From: an uncultured Acidobacteriota bacterium
GTDB taxonomy: Bacteria; Acidobacteriota; Thermoanaerobaculia; UBA5066; Gp7-AA6
Assembly (NCBI GenBank): GCA_963776755.1
Contig: CAVZNW010000002.1
Location: forward strand, 1,315,741-1,379,740
Direction of reading: 5' to 3'
Length of the DNA: 64,000 bases
In this document: positions 21,758 to 30,609 of the stretch, piece after piece
Layout: every line of letters starts with the position of its first letter
Position numbering within the stretch: position 1 is the first letter of the stretch
Notes under the pieces: model-generated
What the model saw: the letters and a program-made list of their open reading frames with translations, nothing else
The model's database searches: none
What the model was told of the DNA's origin: nothing
Translations under genes and position numbers: made by a program

Positions 21758-24459
21758 GGCGGCGATGGCCCCGGACGGTCCCGCGCCCTCGAAACCTGCC
21801 GGCGTGCTGCGGCCGTGGCAGCGGCGCCTGTACCGCCTCCTGCTCGTCCCGCTCGGGCTGATCGCCGCCAACTCGATCTTCATCGCGGCCTTCACGCGCG
21901 ACACCGCGTTCTTCTACGCGATGCTGCTGCTGCACCTGACGCTCGGGCTCCTCATCGCGGTGCCGTTCTTCGTCTTCGCCGCTGACGCACGCCCGCCGGA
22001 TGATCCGGATGTGGAACCAGCGCGCCAAGGCCGCGGGCCTCGCGATCGTCGGCCTCGCGCTCGTGTGCGTGGCGACCGGAGTCTTCATGACGCTTCGCGG
22101 CGCGACCCTCGACCACCGCGCCGTCTGGCTCGCCCACGTCACCGTCGGTGCCGCTCGCGCTCGTCGCCTTCATCCTGCACCGACGCGCCCACGACGCACC
22201 AGCTCCAGTTCCGTCGGCTCTTCGCCTGGGGCGGCGGCGTGGCGTTCTTCCTGGCCGGGATGGCCGTCGTCGCGAAGCTCGAGAAGCCGCCGAAGCGGAT
22301 CGTCAACGTGAACGGCGACACCGTGTTCTACCCGTCCGCCGCGCGAGACCTTCGACCAGGGGCTCCTCGACGGAAAGAAGCTCGCCGCCAACGGCTACTG
22401 CCAGGAGTGCCATCCCGACTCCTTCCACCAGTGGGAGCGCTCGGCGCACCGCTTCTCGTCGTTCAACAACCCGTTCTACCGAAAGAGCGTCGAGCTGATG
22501 GCCGACCGGGTCGGCCGCGAGCGGACGAAGTGGTGCTCGGGCTGCCACGACCCGGTCGTTCTCTTCACGGGCCAGATGGGAAGGCGCCACCCAGGCCTCG
22601 TTCTCGTACGACTCCTGGGAGGCGCAGCAGGGCCTGACGTGCATGTCCTGCCACTCGATCGCCGAGGTCAAGGACGTCGGAGCGGCAACGGCGGCGTACG
22701 TCATCGAGGAATCGAAGCAGTACCCGTTCGCGTTCTCGGAAAACGCGGCGCTGCGGGCGGTCAACCGGCTCCTCATCCGCATGGAGCCCTCGCTCCACCG
22801 CAAGACGTTCATGAAGCCCTTCATGCGCACGCCCGAGTTCTGCTCGACGCTGCCACAAGGTCGGCCCTGATCCCGGCGCTGAACGGCTACCGGTGGCTGC
22901 GCGGCCAGAACCACTACGACACCTGGTACGACTCGGGCGTCTCGGGGCGCGCCGTCCGCTCGTTCTACGACCCGCCGCAAGCCGAAGGCCTGCCGCGACT
23001 GTCACCTGCCCGACTACCGCTCCGACGAGTTCGGCAGCCGGAACGGGATTCCTCCACGACCACCTCTTCCCCGCCGCCAACACGGCCCTGCCGTTCGTGC
23101 GCGGCGACGCGCGCCACGCAGAAGACAGATCGAGGGCTTCCTCAAGAACAAGGTGCTCATCGATCGACATCTTCGCGATCCGGCGCGCGGACGGCGAGCT
23201 CCTCGGCGCTCGGCGACGAGCCGCCGGCGGTCCGGCCCGGACGAGACCCTCGACGTCGAGGTCGTCGTGCGGACGCGCGGCGTCGGCCATCCGTACACCA
23301 ACGGCACGGCCGATTCGAACGAGACCTGGGTCTCGCTCGACGCCGGGTCCGGCGGCTCGGCCGCTTCTTCGCGAGCGGCGTGCTCGACGGGGACGGCCGT
23401 CTCGACGCGGCCGCCGACCGGCTCTCGACGCTCGTCATCGACCAGAACGGCGAGTCCGATGGATCGGCGCCAGCCGCAGGACATCCGCGTGCCGCTCTAC
23501 AACAACGGCGATCGGGCCCGGCGCGGCGCGCGTGGTCCACTATCGGGTGACGGTCCCGGAGGACGGCGCGGGGCCCGATCACGCTGTCGGCGGGTACGCA
23601 CTATCGGAAGTTCAGCGCGCGACTACACGACCTTCTCGCTCGGCGCGGCGCACCCGTCGCTGCCGGTGACGACGCTGCGCGAAGGACAGGGTGACGCTGC
23701 CCCTCGACCCCGCGACCCGCTCTCCCCAGGGGAGAGGGGGAACGCCGTCACCGTCCGGGGCAACTCGGATCCGCTCTGGCTGCGCTGGAACGACTACGGC
23801 ATCGGCCTCTTCCTCCAGGGCGACCTCAAGGGCGCCGCGCGCGGCGTGGACGAAGGCCGCCGGAGCTCGCTCCCGACAAGCCCGACGGGCCGCTCAACCG
23901 CGCCCGCGCCGAGATCGCCGAGGGCCGCCTCGCGGACGCGAAGGTCTCGCTCGCGGAAGCCGAGAGGCGCCGGCCGGGCTGGGGCAAGACGGCCTTCTTC
24001 CGCGCCACGGTCGCCAAGGACGAGGGCCGCCTCGACGACGCCGAGAGGGACCTCCGGCGGTCCTCGAGAAGTTCCCGCTCGACCGCGTCGCGTGGAACAA
24101 CCTCGGCCTCGTCTACTGGCTCGCCGGCCGGTTCCCGGAGGCGATCGCCGCCTACGGCAGGACGCTCGCGATCGATCCCGGAGGACCTGAACGCCCACTA
24201 CAACCTCATGCGCGTCTACCGGGCGATGGGCGACCGCGAAGCAACGCCGACATCGCACGACGCCGCGTACCGCAAGTTACAAGGACGACGAGGCGATCCG
24301 CGCGGTGCCCGGGCGACTTCCGGCTCGAGAACCCGTGGGCCAACCGCGAGTCGCTCCCGATCCACGTCCACGCGGAGGCCGAGCCGCCGCCCGCGGCGCC
24401 TGCGGCCTGGGTCGCGACGATGGGCCCGAAGGGCTACGAGACCGACCGCGGCTACCTGA
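21756..24459 (+). CDS. Membrane-anchored pentahaem c-type cytochrome fused to C-terminal TPR repeats (3' end uncertain)
   Basis: N-terminal TM helices: LYRLLLVPLGLIAANSIFIAAF, FFYAMLLLHLTLGLLIAVPFFVF, GLAIVGLALVCVATGVFM. Five CxxCH motifs: CQECH 22399-22413, CSGCH 22533-22547, CMSCH 22640-22654, CST(+1 nt)CH 22841-22856, CRDCH 22991-23005. TPR: VAWNNLGLVYWLAGRFPEAIAAYGRTLAIDPEDLNAHYNLMRVYRAMGD. Confidence 0.75.
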
Positions 24460-24585
24460 CGCAGCGCGCATCCGCCCGTGCCGAGCGAAGCCGCGACAGT
24501 GGTCCTACGCGACGGCGTCCGACGGGCGCCCGCCGCGGGCTCGCCGCGCGCGCCGTCGGCGCCCTGGTAGCGTCGGCCTCCGCGT

Positions 24586-24591
24586 TAGACT
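24586..24591 (+). promoter_or_regulatory. -10-like TAGACT 9 nt upstream of GTG 24601
   Basis: cgcgtTAGACTcgcgcgtccGTGcgc. Confidence 0.3.
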
Positions 24592-24600
24592 CGCGCGTCC

Positions 24601-26321
24601 GTGCGCCGTCTCCGTCCTGGCCGTCCTCGGCGCCGGCCGTCGCCTGCCGCCGCGCCGGAAGGACGCGCCGACCGCCCGGCTCCCGCCGCCGACGCCCACG
24701 CCGCGCCACCGCCGCGATCGCGTTCGCAGGAGAAGGCGAGCGAGCTCGGCGATCGACTTCACGCACGTCAACGGCGCCGCGGGGAAGAAGTGGATGCCCG
24801 AGACGATGGGCGGCGGCGTCGCCGTCCTCGACTACGACGGCGACGGCCGGCCCGACCTCCTCTTCGTCTCGGGCGCGTACTGGCCCGGCGATCCGCGCGC
24901 GCGCGTCGCAGAAGTCCTCGCTCGCGCTCTACCGCAACGAGGGCAACGGCGCCCGACGGCCTGCCCCGATTCCGGAACGTCACGCGCGAGGCCGGCCTCG
25001 AGAAGGTCTTCTACGGGATGGGGGCCTCGGTCGCCGACTACGACAACGACGGCCGCGACGACGTCTACGTCACGGCGCTCGGCGGCAACTTACCTCTTCC
25101 ACAACCTCGGCGGCCGCTTCGAGGAGGTGACCGCAGAAGGCCGGCGTCGCGCGACTCGGGCTGGGGCACCTCCTCGGCCTGGCTCGACTACGACGGCGAC
25201 GGCCTCCTCGACCTCTACGTCGGCCGCTACGTCGACTGGAGCCCGACGAAGGACCTCTTCTGCACGCTCGACGGCAAGACCAAGTCCTACTGCACGCCCG
25301 AGCGCTATCCCGGGACGTCCGTCGCACCTCTACCGCAACGCTCGGCGGCGGCCGCTTCGTGGACGTCACGCGAAGCGCCGGGGACCGGCAACGCCAACCA
25401 GAAGGCGCTCGGCGTCGCGCCGTGGGACTTCGACGGCGACGGCCGCGTGGACCTCCTCGTCGCCAACGACACCGCGCCGAACAACCTCTTCCGCAACAAG
25501 GGCGACGGCACCTTCGAGGACGTCGCGATTCCCACCGGCGTCGCCGTCGACGAGGCCGGGCGCGCGCGCGGCGCGATGGGCGCGGCCTGGGCGGACACGA
25601 AGAACGGCCGCGGGGTCGCGGTGGCGATCGGCAACTTCTCGAACGAGCTCGAAGTCGCTCTACTGGACCGACTCCGGGCGAGGTCTTCCTCGACGAGTCG
25701 CCGCGGAGCGGCGTCGGCCCGTCCTCGCTTCTCGACCTGACCTTCGGCGTCCTCTTCTTCGACGCCGACCTCGACGGCCGCATGGACCTCCTCCTCGCCA
25801 ACGGCCACGTCGAGCCGACCGTCCAGGACGTGCAGAAGGACGTCGCCTACCGGCAGGCGCCCGTCCTCTACCGGAACGCCGGCGACGGCCGCTTCGACCC
25901 GCTCGGCGCGCGCGCCGGGGACCTCGCGGCGCCGCTCGTCGCCCGCGGCGCGGCGTACGCGGACCTCGACGGCGACGGCGACCTCGATCTCGTGCTCGTC
26001 GAGAACGGCGGGCCCGGCGCGCGTCTACCTCAATCCGACGAACGCTCCGGAGAAGAGCGTCCGCGTGCGGCTCGAGGGCGCGGGCCGGTCCAACCGCGAC
26101 GCCGTCGGCGCGCGCGTGACGGCCTCGATCGGCGGGCGCACGCTGACGCAGCAGGTCTCGGGCGGCCAGTCCTACCTCTCGGCTTCCGAGAAGACGCTGA
26201 CGTTCGGTCTCGGCGACGCGCTCGAAGATCGACACGCTCGAGATCCGCTGGCCGGACGGAACGGCCCAGACGCTGCACGACGTCCCGGGCGGCTCGCGAC
26301 GGAAGATCCGAACAGCACTGA
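24601..26321 (+). CDS. FG-GAP/VCBS repeat + UnbV/ASPIC C-terminal domain protein (CRTAC1-like), paralog 1
   Basis: FTHVNGAAGKKWMPETMGGGVAVLDYDGDGRPDLLFV; GMGASVADYDNDGRDDVYVTALGGN; WLDYDGDGLLDLYVGRYVDW; APWDFDGDGRVDLLVANDTAPNNLFRNKGDGTFEDV; FFDADLDGRMDLLLANGH; [18 protein letters not shown]; UnbV-type tail NRDAVGARVTASIGGRTLTQQVSGGQSYLSASEKTLTFGLG..IRWPDG. The 3' end is approximate. Confidence 0.8.
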
Positions 26322-26507
26322 ATGCCGCCGATGTCACCGATCCGAGGCTGCGCTCCTCGCCCGCTGCTCACCGCCGAATGGCGCGATCTGGCGATCCTCA
26401 ACTACGAGATCGATCCTGCGGCGCTCCGGCCCTTCGTCCCGCGAGGCACCGAACTCGACACCTACGCGGGACGAACGCTCGCGAGGCTCGGCGAGCGCGC
26501 CGTCTGA
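26322..26507 (+). pseudogene. DUF2071 (YqjF-like) family, N-terminal ~55 aa only
   Basis: ORF 26322..26507: ..LLTAEWRDLAILNYEIDPAALRPFVPRGTELDTYAGR.. matches the conserved DUF2071 N-terminus as I remember it. The remaining ~180 aa of the family are absent. Confidence 0.5.
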
Positions 26508-26524
26508 TCGCGGAATCCGGCCGC

Positions 26525-26814
26525 ATGCCCGACGCTGAACGCTCCTCGCCGACGGCCGGAAGGCCGAGGTCGTCGGACCGGGTGCAAGTCATGCCTTCGG
26601 GGCCGAGTCCCGACGAGCTCGACGGCCGGGAAGCTGAAGCTCGGCCGCCTGGCGACGACACGGATGGCCTGCGCCGGCGGCTCGGGCTGGGAACCCGCGT
26701 TTCTCAAGGCCCTCCAGCAGACGGCCGGATGGACGATCGTGGACGGCTCGCCTCGAGCTGCTCGACCCTTCCGGGGAGAGTCTCGCGACATTTCGGCCGG
26801 CCGGGGAGCGGTAG
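26525..26814 (+). CDS. META/HslJ-like domain protein (5' end unclear, frame broken)
   Basis: Across frames: LLADGRKAEVVG / TGCKSCLRG..GKLKLGRLATTRMACAGGSGWEPAFLKALQQTAGWTIVDG / RLELLDPSGESLATFRPAGER* (TAG 26812-26814). Compare E. coli HslJ GSMCNRFSG..LAMTRMMC..L.L. Confidence 0.5.
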
Positions 26815-26821
26815 AGATCCG

Positions 26822-27298
26822 ATGGCCGACGCACCGATCGCCGTCCGCCCGGCCCGGCCCGACGATCGAGACTTCGTCGTCGCGACGGCCGTCCGGCTCG
26901 CCGAGTTCGGTCCTCCGCCGTGGCGGACGGCGGAGGAGGTCGTCGTCGCCGAATCGCGCGTCCTCCACGCGTTCTTCGACGCCCCAGGCCAGGGCATCGC
27001 TCTCCTGATCGCGGAGGCGGAGGACGGCGAGCGGCTGGGCTTCGCCTATCTCGAGACGCTGGTCGACTACTTCGATCGCCGCCCGCACGGCCACGTCGCG
27101 GAGCTCGCCGTGACCCGCGAAGCGGAGGGCCGGGGCGCCGCGGGAGCGCTCCTCGCCGCCGCCGAGACCTGGTCCCGGGGCCTCGGACATCTCCGGCTCA
27201 CCCTCAACGTCTTCGAAGGAAACCGCCACGCGCGCGCGGTCTACGAGAAGCGCGGCTTCCGACCCGAGACGCTTCGCTACGTCAAGACCCTTGCCTGA
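26822..27298 (+). CDS. GNAT family N-acetyltransferase (intact)
   Basis: MADAPIAVRPARPDDRDFV..GHVAELAVTREAEGRGAAGALLAAAETWSRGLGHLRLTLNVFEGNRHARAVYEKRGFRPE. The Q/R-x-x-G-x-G/A acetyl-CoA motif is present. Confidence 0.85.
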   Translation: MADAPIAVRPARPDDRDFVVATAVRLAEFGPPPWRTAEEVVVAESRVLHAFFDAPGQGIALLIAEAEDGERLGFAYLETLVDYFDRRPHGHVAELAVTREAEGRGAAGALLAAAETWSRGLGHLRLTLNVFEGNRHARAVYEKRGFRPETLRYVKTLA

Positions 27299-27735
27299 CG
27301 CCGCCTCGGTCGCGATCCGGTCCGCCCGCCGCGGCGACGCGGCCGAGCTCGCGCGCCTTTCGACGCAGCTCGGCTACTCCATGTCGGAGGCCGACGCCGC
27401 GCGGCAGCTCGCGTCGATCGCGGACCACCCCGACCACGCGCTCCTCGTGGCGGCGTCCGGGGACGGCCTGGCCGGCTGGCTGCAGGTCAGCCTCCCCCGC
27501 ATCTTCGAGTCGCCGGTCACGGCCGAGATCGCGGGCCTCGTCGTCGACGAGGCCCGGCGGGGCGCCGGGATCGGGCCGGCCGCTCGTGGCGGCGGCGGCG
27601 GACTGGGCGCGCGCGACGAGCTGCCGGGCGCTGCGGGTCCGGTCGAACGTGGTCCGCGACCGGGCCCTCCGTTTCTACGAGCGCGAGGGATTCGGGCGGA
27701 TCAAGATGCAGCACGTTTTCGAGAGGCCGTTGTAG
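27291..27735 (+). CDS. GNAT family N-acetyltransferase (one frame break)
   Basis: VAIRSARRGDAAELARLSTQLGY..AEIAGLVVDEARRGAGIG / LVAAAADWARATSCRALRVRSNVVRDRALRFYEREGFGRIKMQHVFERPL*. It overlaps the previous GNAT by 8 nt. Confidence 0.8.
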
Positions 27736-27736
27736 A

Positions 27737-28139
27737 GTGCCCGCCATGCGCGGCATCGCTCTGGTCCGGATGGCGGCGGCGGCCATGATGGTGATCCACG
27801 GGACGTTCCGGGCCTCGATCGGCGGGGTCGCGGGGTTCGGCGGGTTCCTCGAGAGCCAGCATGTTCCTTTCGGAACGGGGGTCGCATGGCTGCTGACGGG
27901 AGTCGAGATCGTGGGAGGCCTGCTCCTGATCTCGCGGCCGCCTCGTGCGGCCGCTCTGCGCCTGGTTCGCGATCCAGCTTCTCTGCGGGATCGTCCTGGT
28001 GCACTTCGGCGAAGGGTGGTTCGTCGTCGGCGGCGGGCGCAACGGCTACGAGTACTCGGTCCTGCTGATCGCCTGCTTCGTGGCGGTGGCCATCGAAGCG
28101 TCCTCGTCCGCGGCCCGCGCCCCGTCTCAGGCGACCTGA
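27737..28139 (+). CDS. DoxX family membrane protein
   Basis: [62 protein letters not shown] / [45 protein letters not shown]. Confidence 0.7.
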
Positions 28140-28871
28140 TACGAGGGCCGCGGGCGGGCGAAGAGCCGGACCAGGACGACGCCCGCGATGAAGCCGCCGA
28201 TGTGCGCCCCGTACGCGACGCCGCCGCCCTGGTCCACCGAGCATCCCGGCGCCGCTGACGAGCTGGAAGAGGAACCAGAGGCCGATCGCGAGGACCGCCG
28301 GGACCTCCATGACGCTGTAGAACAAGAGCACGCGCACGCGCCGCCGCGGGAAGAGAACGATGTAGCCGCCGAGCACGCCGGAGATCGCGCCGGAGGCGCC
28401 GAGCGAGGGGATCAGCGGGTTCGCCCCGAACGCGGCCGTGACGAAGCACGTGAGAGAGCCCCGCGAGGATGCCCGGTCAGCGATGTAGAAGACGAAGTAT
28501 CGCACGTGGCCGAGCGCGTCCTCGACGTTGTCGCCGAAGATCCAGAGGTAGAGCATGTTGCCGAACAGGTGCGCGAAGCCGCCGTGCATGAACATCGCGG
28601 TGATGAGCGTCAGGTAGACCGGGATCGGCGTCGGCTCGAGCATCGAGGTCCGCCGACCTCGCGGCCGTACGGGTCGCGGATCGGAACGGCCTGAGCGATG
28701 TCGTGCCCGGTCAGGATTTCCGCCGGCACGGTCGCGAACGCCATCGTGAAGCGCTCGTTCGATCCCATGCCCTGGAGCACGACGAAGACGAAGACGTTGA
28801 CGGCGATCGAGCAGCCACGTCACGACCGGAGTCGAGCGCCGGTCCGAGTCGTCGTCGCCGATGGGGATCAT
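28127..28871 (-). CDS. Rhomboid family intramembrane serine protease
   Basis: [21 protein letters not shown]; [45 protein letters not shown]; [19 protein letters not shown] (GxSG catalytic Ser); [20 protein letters not shown] (catalytic His). Its 3' end overlaps DoxX by 13 nt. Confidence 0.85.
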
Positions 28872-28915
28872 CGAGGCTCCGGAATCATAGTCCGGGCGGA
28901 ATGCGTCGCACGGAC

Positions 28916-30609
28916 TCAGGGCCCGGAGTCCGCCTCGAGCGTCGCCGCCGGACGGAGGCGGTAGGTCTCGCCGGGGAGCGACGTTCGCGGAAGCGTCTGC
29001 CGTGCGGCCGTCCGGGCCAGCGCACCTCGACCGTCGCCGCTCCGCCGCCGCCCAGCCCGAAGTGGAGCGGGACGAGCGAGCCCGAGGCGTAGGACGGCGA
29101 GACGCGATAGGCCTGGTCTGCGTGCGGCCGCCGGCCGTGACCGCGACGCGGGTCCCGAGGACCGTGCCGGCCGTCGGCGCCCGGCACGAGGCTCGATCGC
29201 GATCCAGCCCTGCCGGCGCCGATCTCGTTGCGGAAGATCCGCACCGGCCCGTCGATGTCGACGACGACGAGGTCGAGCGCGCCGTCGCCGTCGAGGTCCG
29301 CCACGGCGGTGCCCCGCGCGGCCATTCGCGTCCGGCCGAGATCGCCCGAGTCCGTCCACTCGACGAACCGTCCGCCGCCGAGGTTGTGGAGCAGCGACGG
29401 TCTTCTGGTCGAAGGCGGAGTCGCCCGCCTCGACGTAGTTCGCGCCGCCGCTCTTGTAGTGGCCGAGCGTGCGCGGAAGCCGCGGCGCGAGATGGCCGCC
29501 GGCGGCGTAGACGTCGGGCCAGCCGTCGTTGTCGAAGTCGGCGAAGTGCGTCCCCCACCGCACGAACGACAGGCCGATCGTCGGCGACGCCCGAGGCGGC
29601 GCCCGGCGTCTTCGAAGAGGACGCCGTCGACGTTGCGGTAGAGGCTGTTCGGCTCGGCGCCGAAGTTGGTGACGACAGAGGCTGTCGCGCCCGTCCCCGA
29701 AGGGGTCGCCGACGGCGACCCCCATCCCGGCGCGCGGATGGTCGCCGAGGACGCCGGCACCCGTCTCGGCCGTCGTCTCCTCGAAGGTCGCCGTCGCCGC
29801 GGTTGCGGAAGAGACGATTGCCGACGCGGTCGTTGACGAAATAGAGATCGTCGAGCCCGTCGCCGTCGTAGTCGAGCACCGGCGACCGAGCGTCTTCGTC
29901 TCGGCCGGGGGCACGGCGAGGCCGGCCTTCTTCGTCACGTCCCGGAACTTGCGGCCGCCGAGGTTGCGGTAGAGGTGCGACGGCTGGCCCACGTAGTCCT
30001 CCGGAACCCGCAGCTGCGAACTGCGGCTGCGCGGCCTCCCACTCGGGCGTCGAGTCGAGGTAGTTGGCGACGACGACGTCGAGACGCCCGTCCCCGTCGT
30101 AGTCGAGAAACCCGGCGCCGACCGAGAAGAGCGGATCCTCGAGCCCCGTGTCCCGGCCCTCCTCGAACGTCCCGTCGCCCTGGTTCCACCAGACCGCGTT
30201 CGGGCCGACGTTCGTCAGGTAGAGGTCGAGGCGGCCGTCTCCGTCGAGGTCCGCCCAGAACGCCCCCATGCCGAGCCCGCAGGCGTGGATTCCCGGCCTT
30301 CGCCGTGACGTCCTCGAAACGGCCGCCGCCGACGTTGCGGTAGAGGCGGCCGCACGACTCGGTGTTCGGCTTGCCCCACGTCGGGATCGAGTTGGTCACG
30401 TACAGGTCGGGCCGGCCGTCGCCGTCGTAGTCGCCGACGGCGCAGCCTCCGATCATCGTCGGGATGAGCTTCAGGTGCATCAGATCGCCCTGGACGCGCA
30501 TCGACGACGCCCGAGGACTTCGTGACGTCGCGAAAGACGCCCGGGCGGCGCATCGCCGGCGGCGCCGACGCAGGGCGAGGGCCGCGAAGAAGCCGAGAGC
30601 GCGCTTCAT
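28916..30609 (-). CDS. FG-GAP/VCBS repeat + UnbV/ASPIC domain protein (CRTAC1-like), paralog 2
   Basis: Signal [13 protein letters not shown]; GGCAVGDYDGDGRPDLYVTNSIPTWGKPNTESCGRLYRNVGGGRFEDVTAKAG; MGAFWADLDGDGRLDLYLTNVGPNAVWWNQGDGTFEE; GAGFLDYDGDGRLDVVVANYLD; VLDYDGDGLDDLYFVNDRVGNRLFRNRGDG; ADLDGDGALDLVVVDIDGPVRIFRNEIG; tail YASGSLVPLHFGLGGGGAATVEVRWP. Confidence 0.8.

Noticed and set aside
27675-30269. 864-aa ORF that would fuse the FG-GAP paralog, the rhomboid and sequence antisense to DoxX
   Set aside because: This is read-through caused by the rarity of stop triplets. The rhomboid has its own ATG (28871) and the paralog ends in another frame at 28916. The 3' part is off-frame text.
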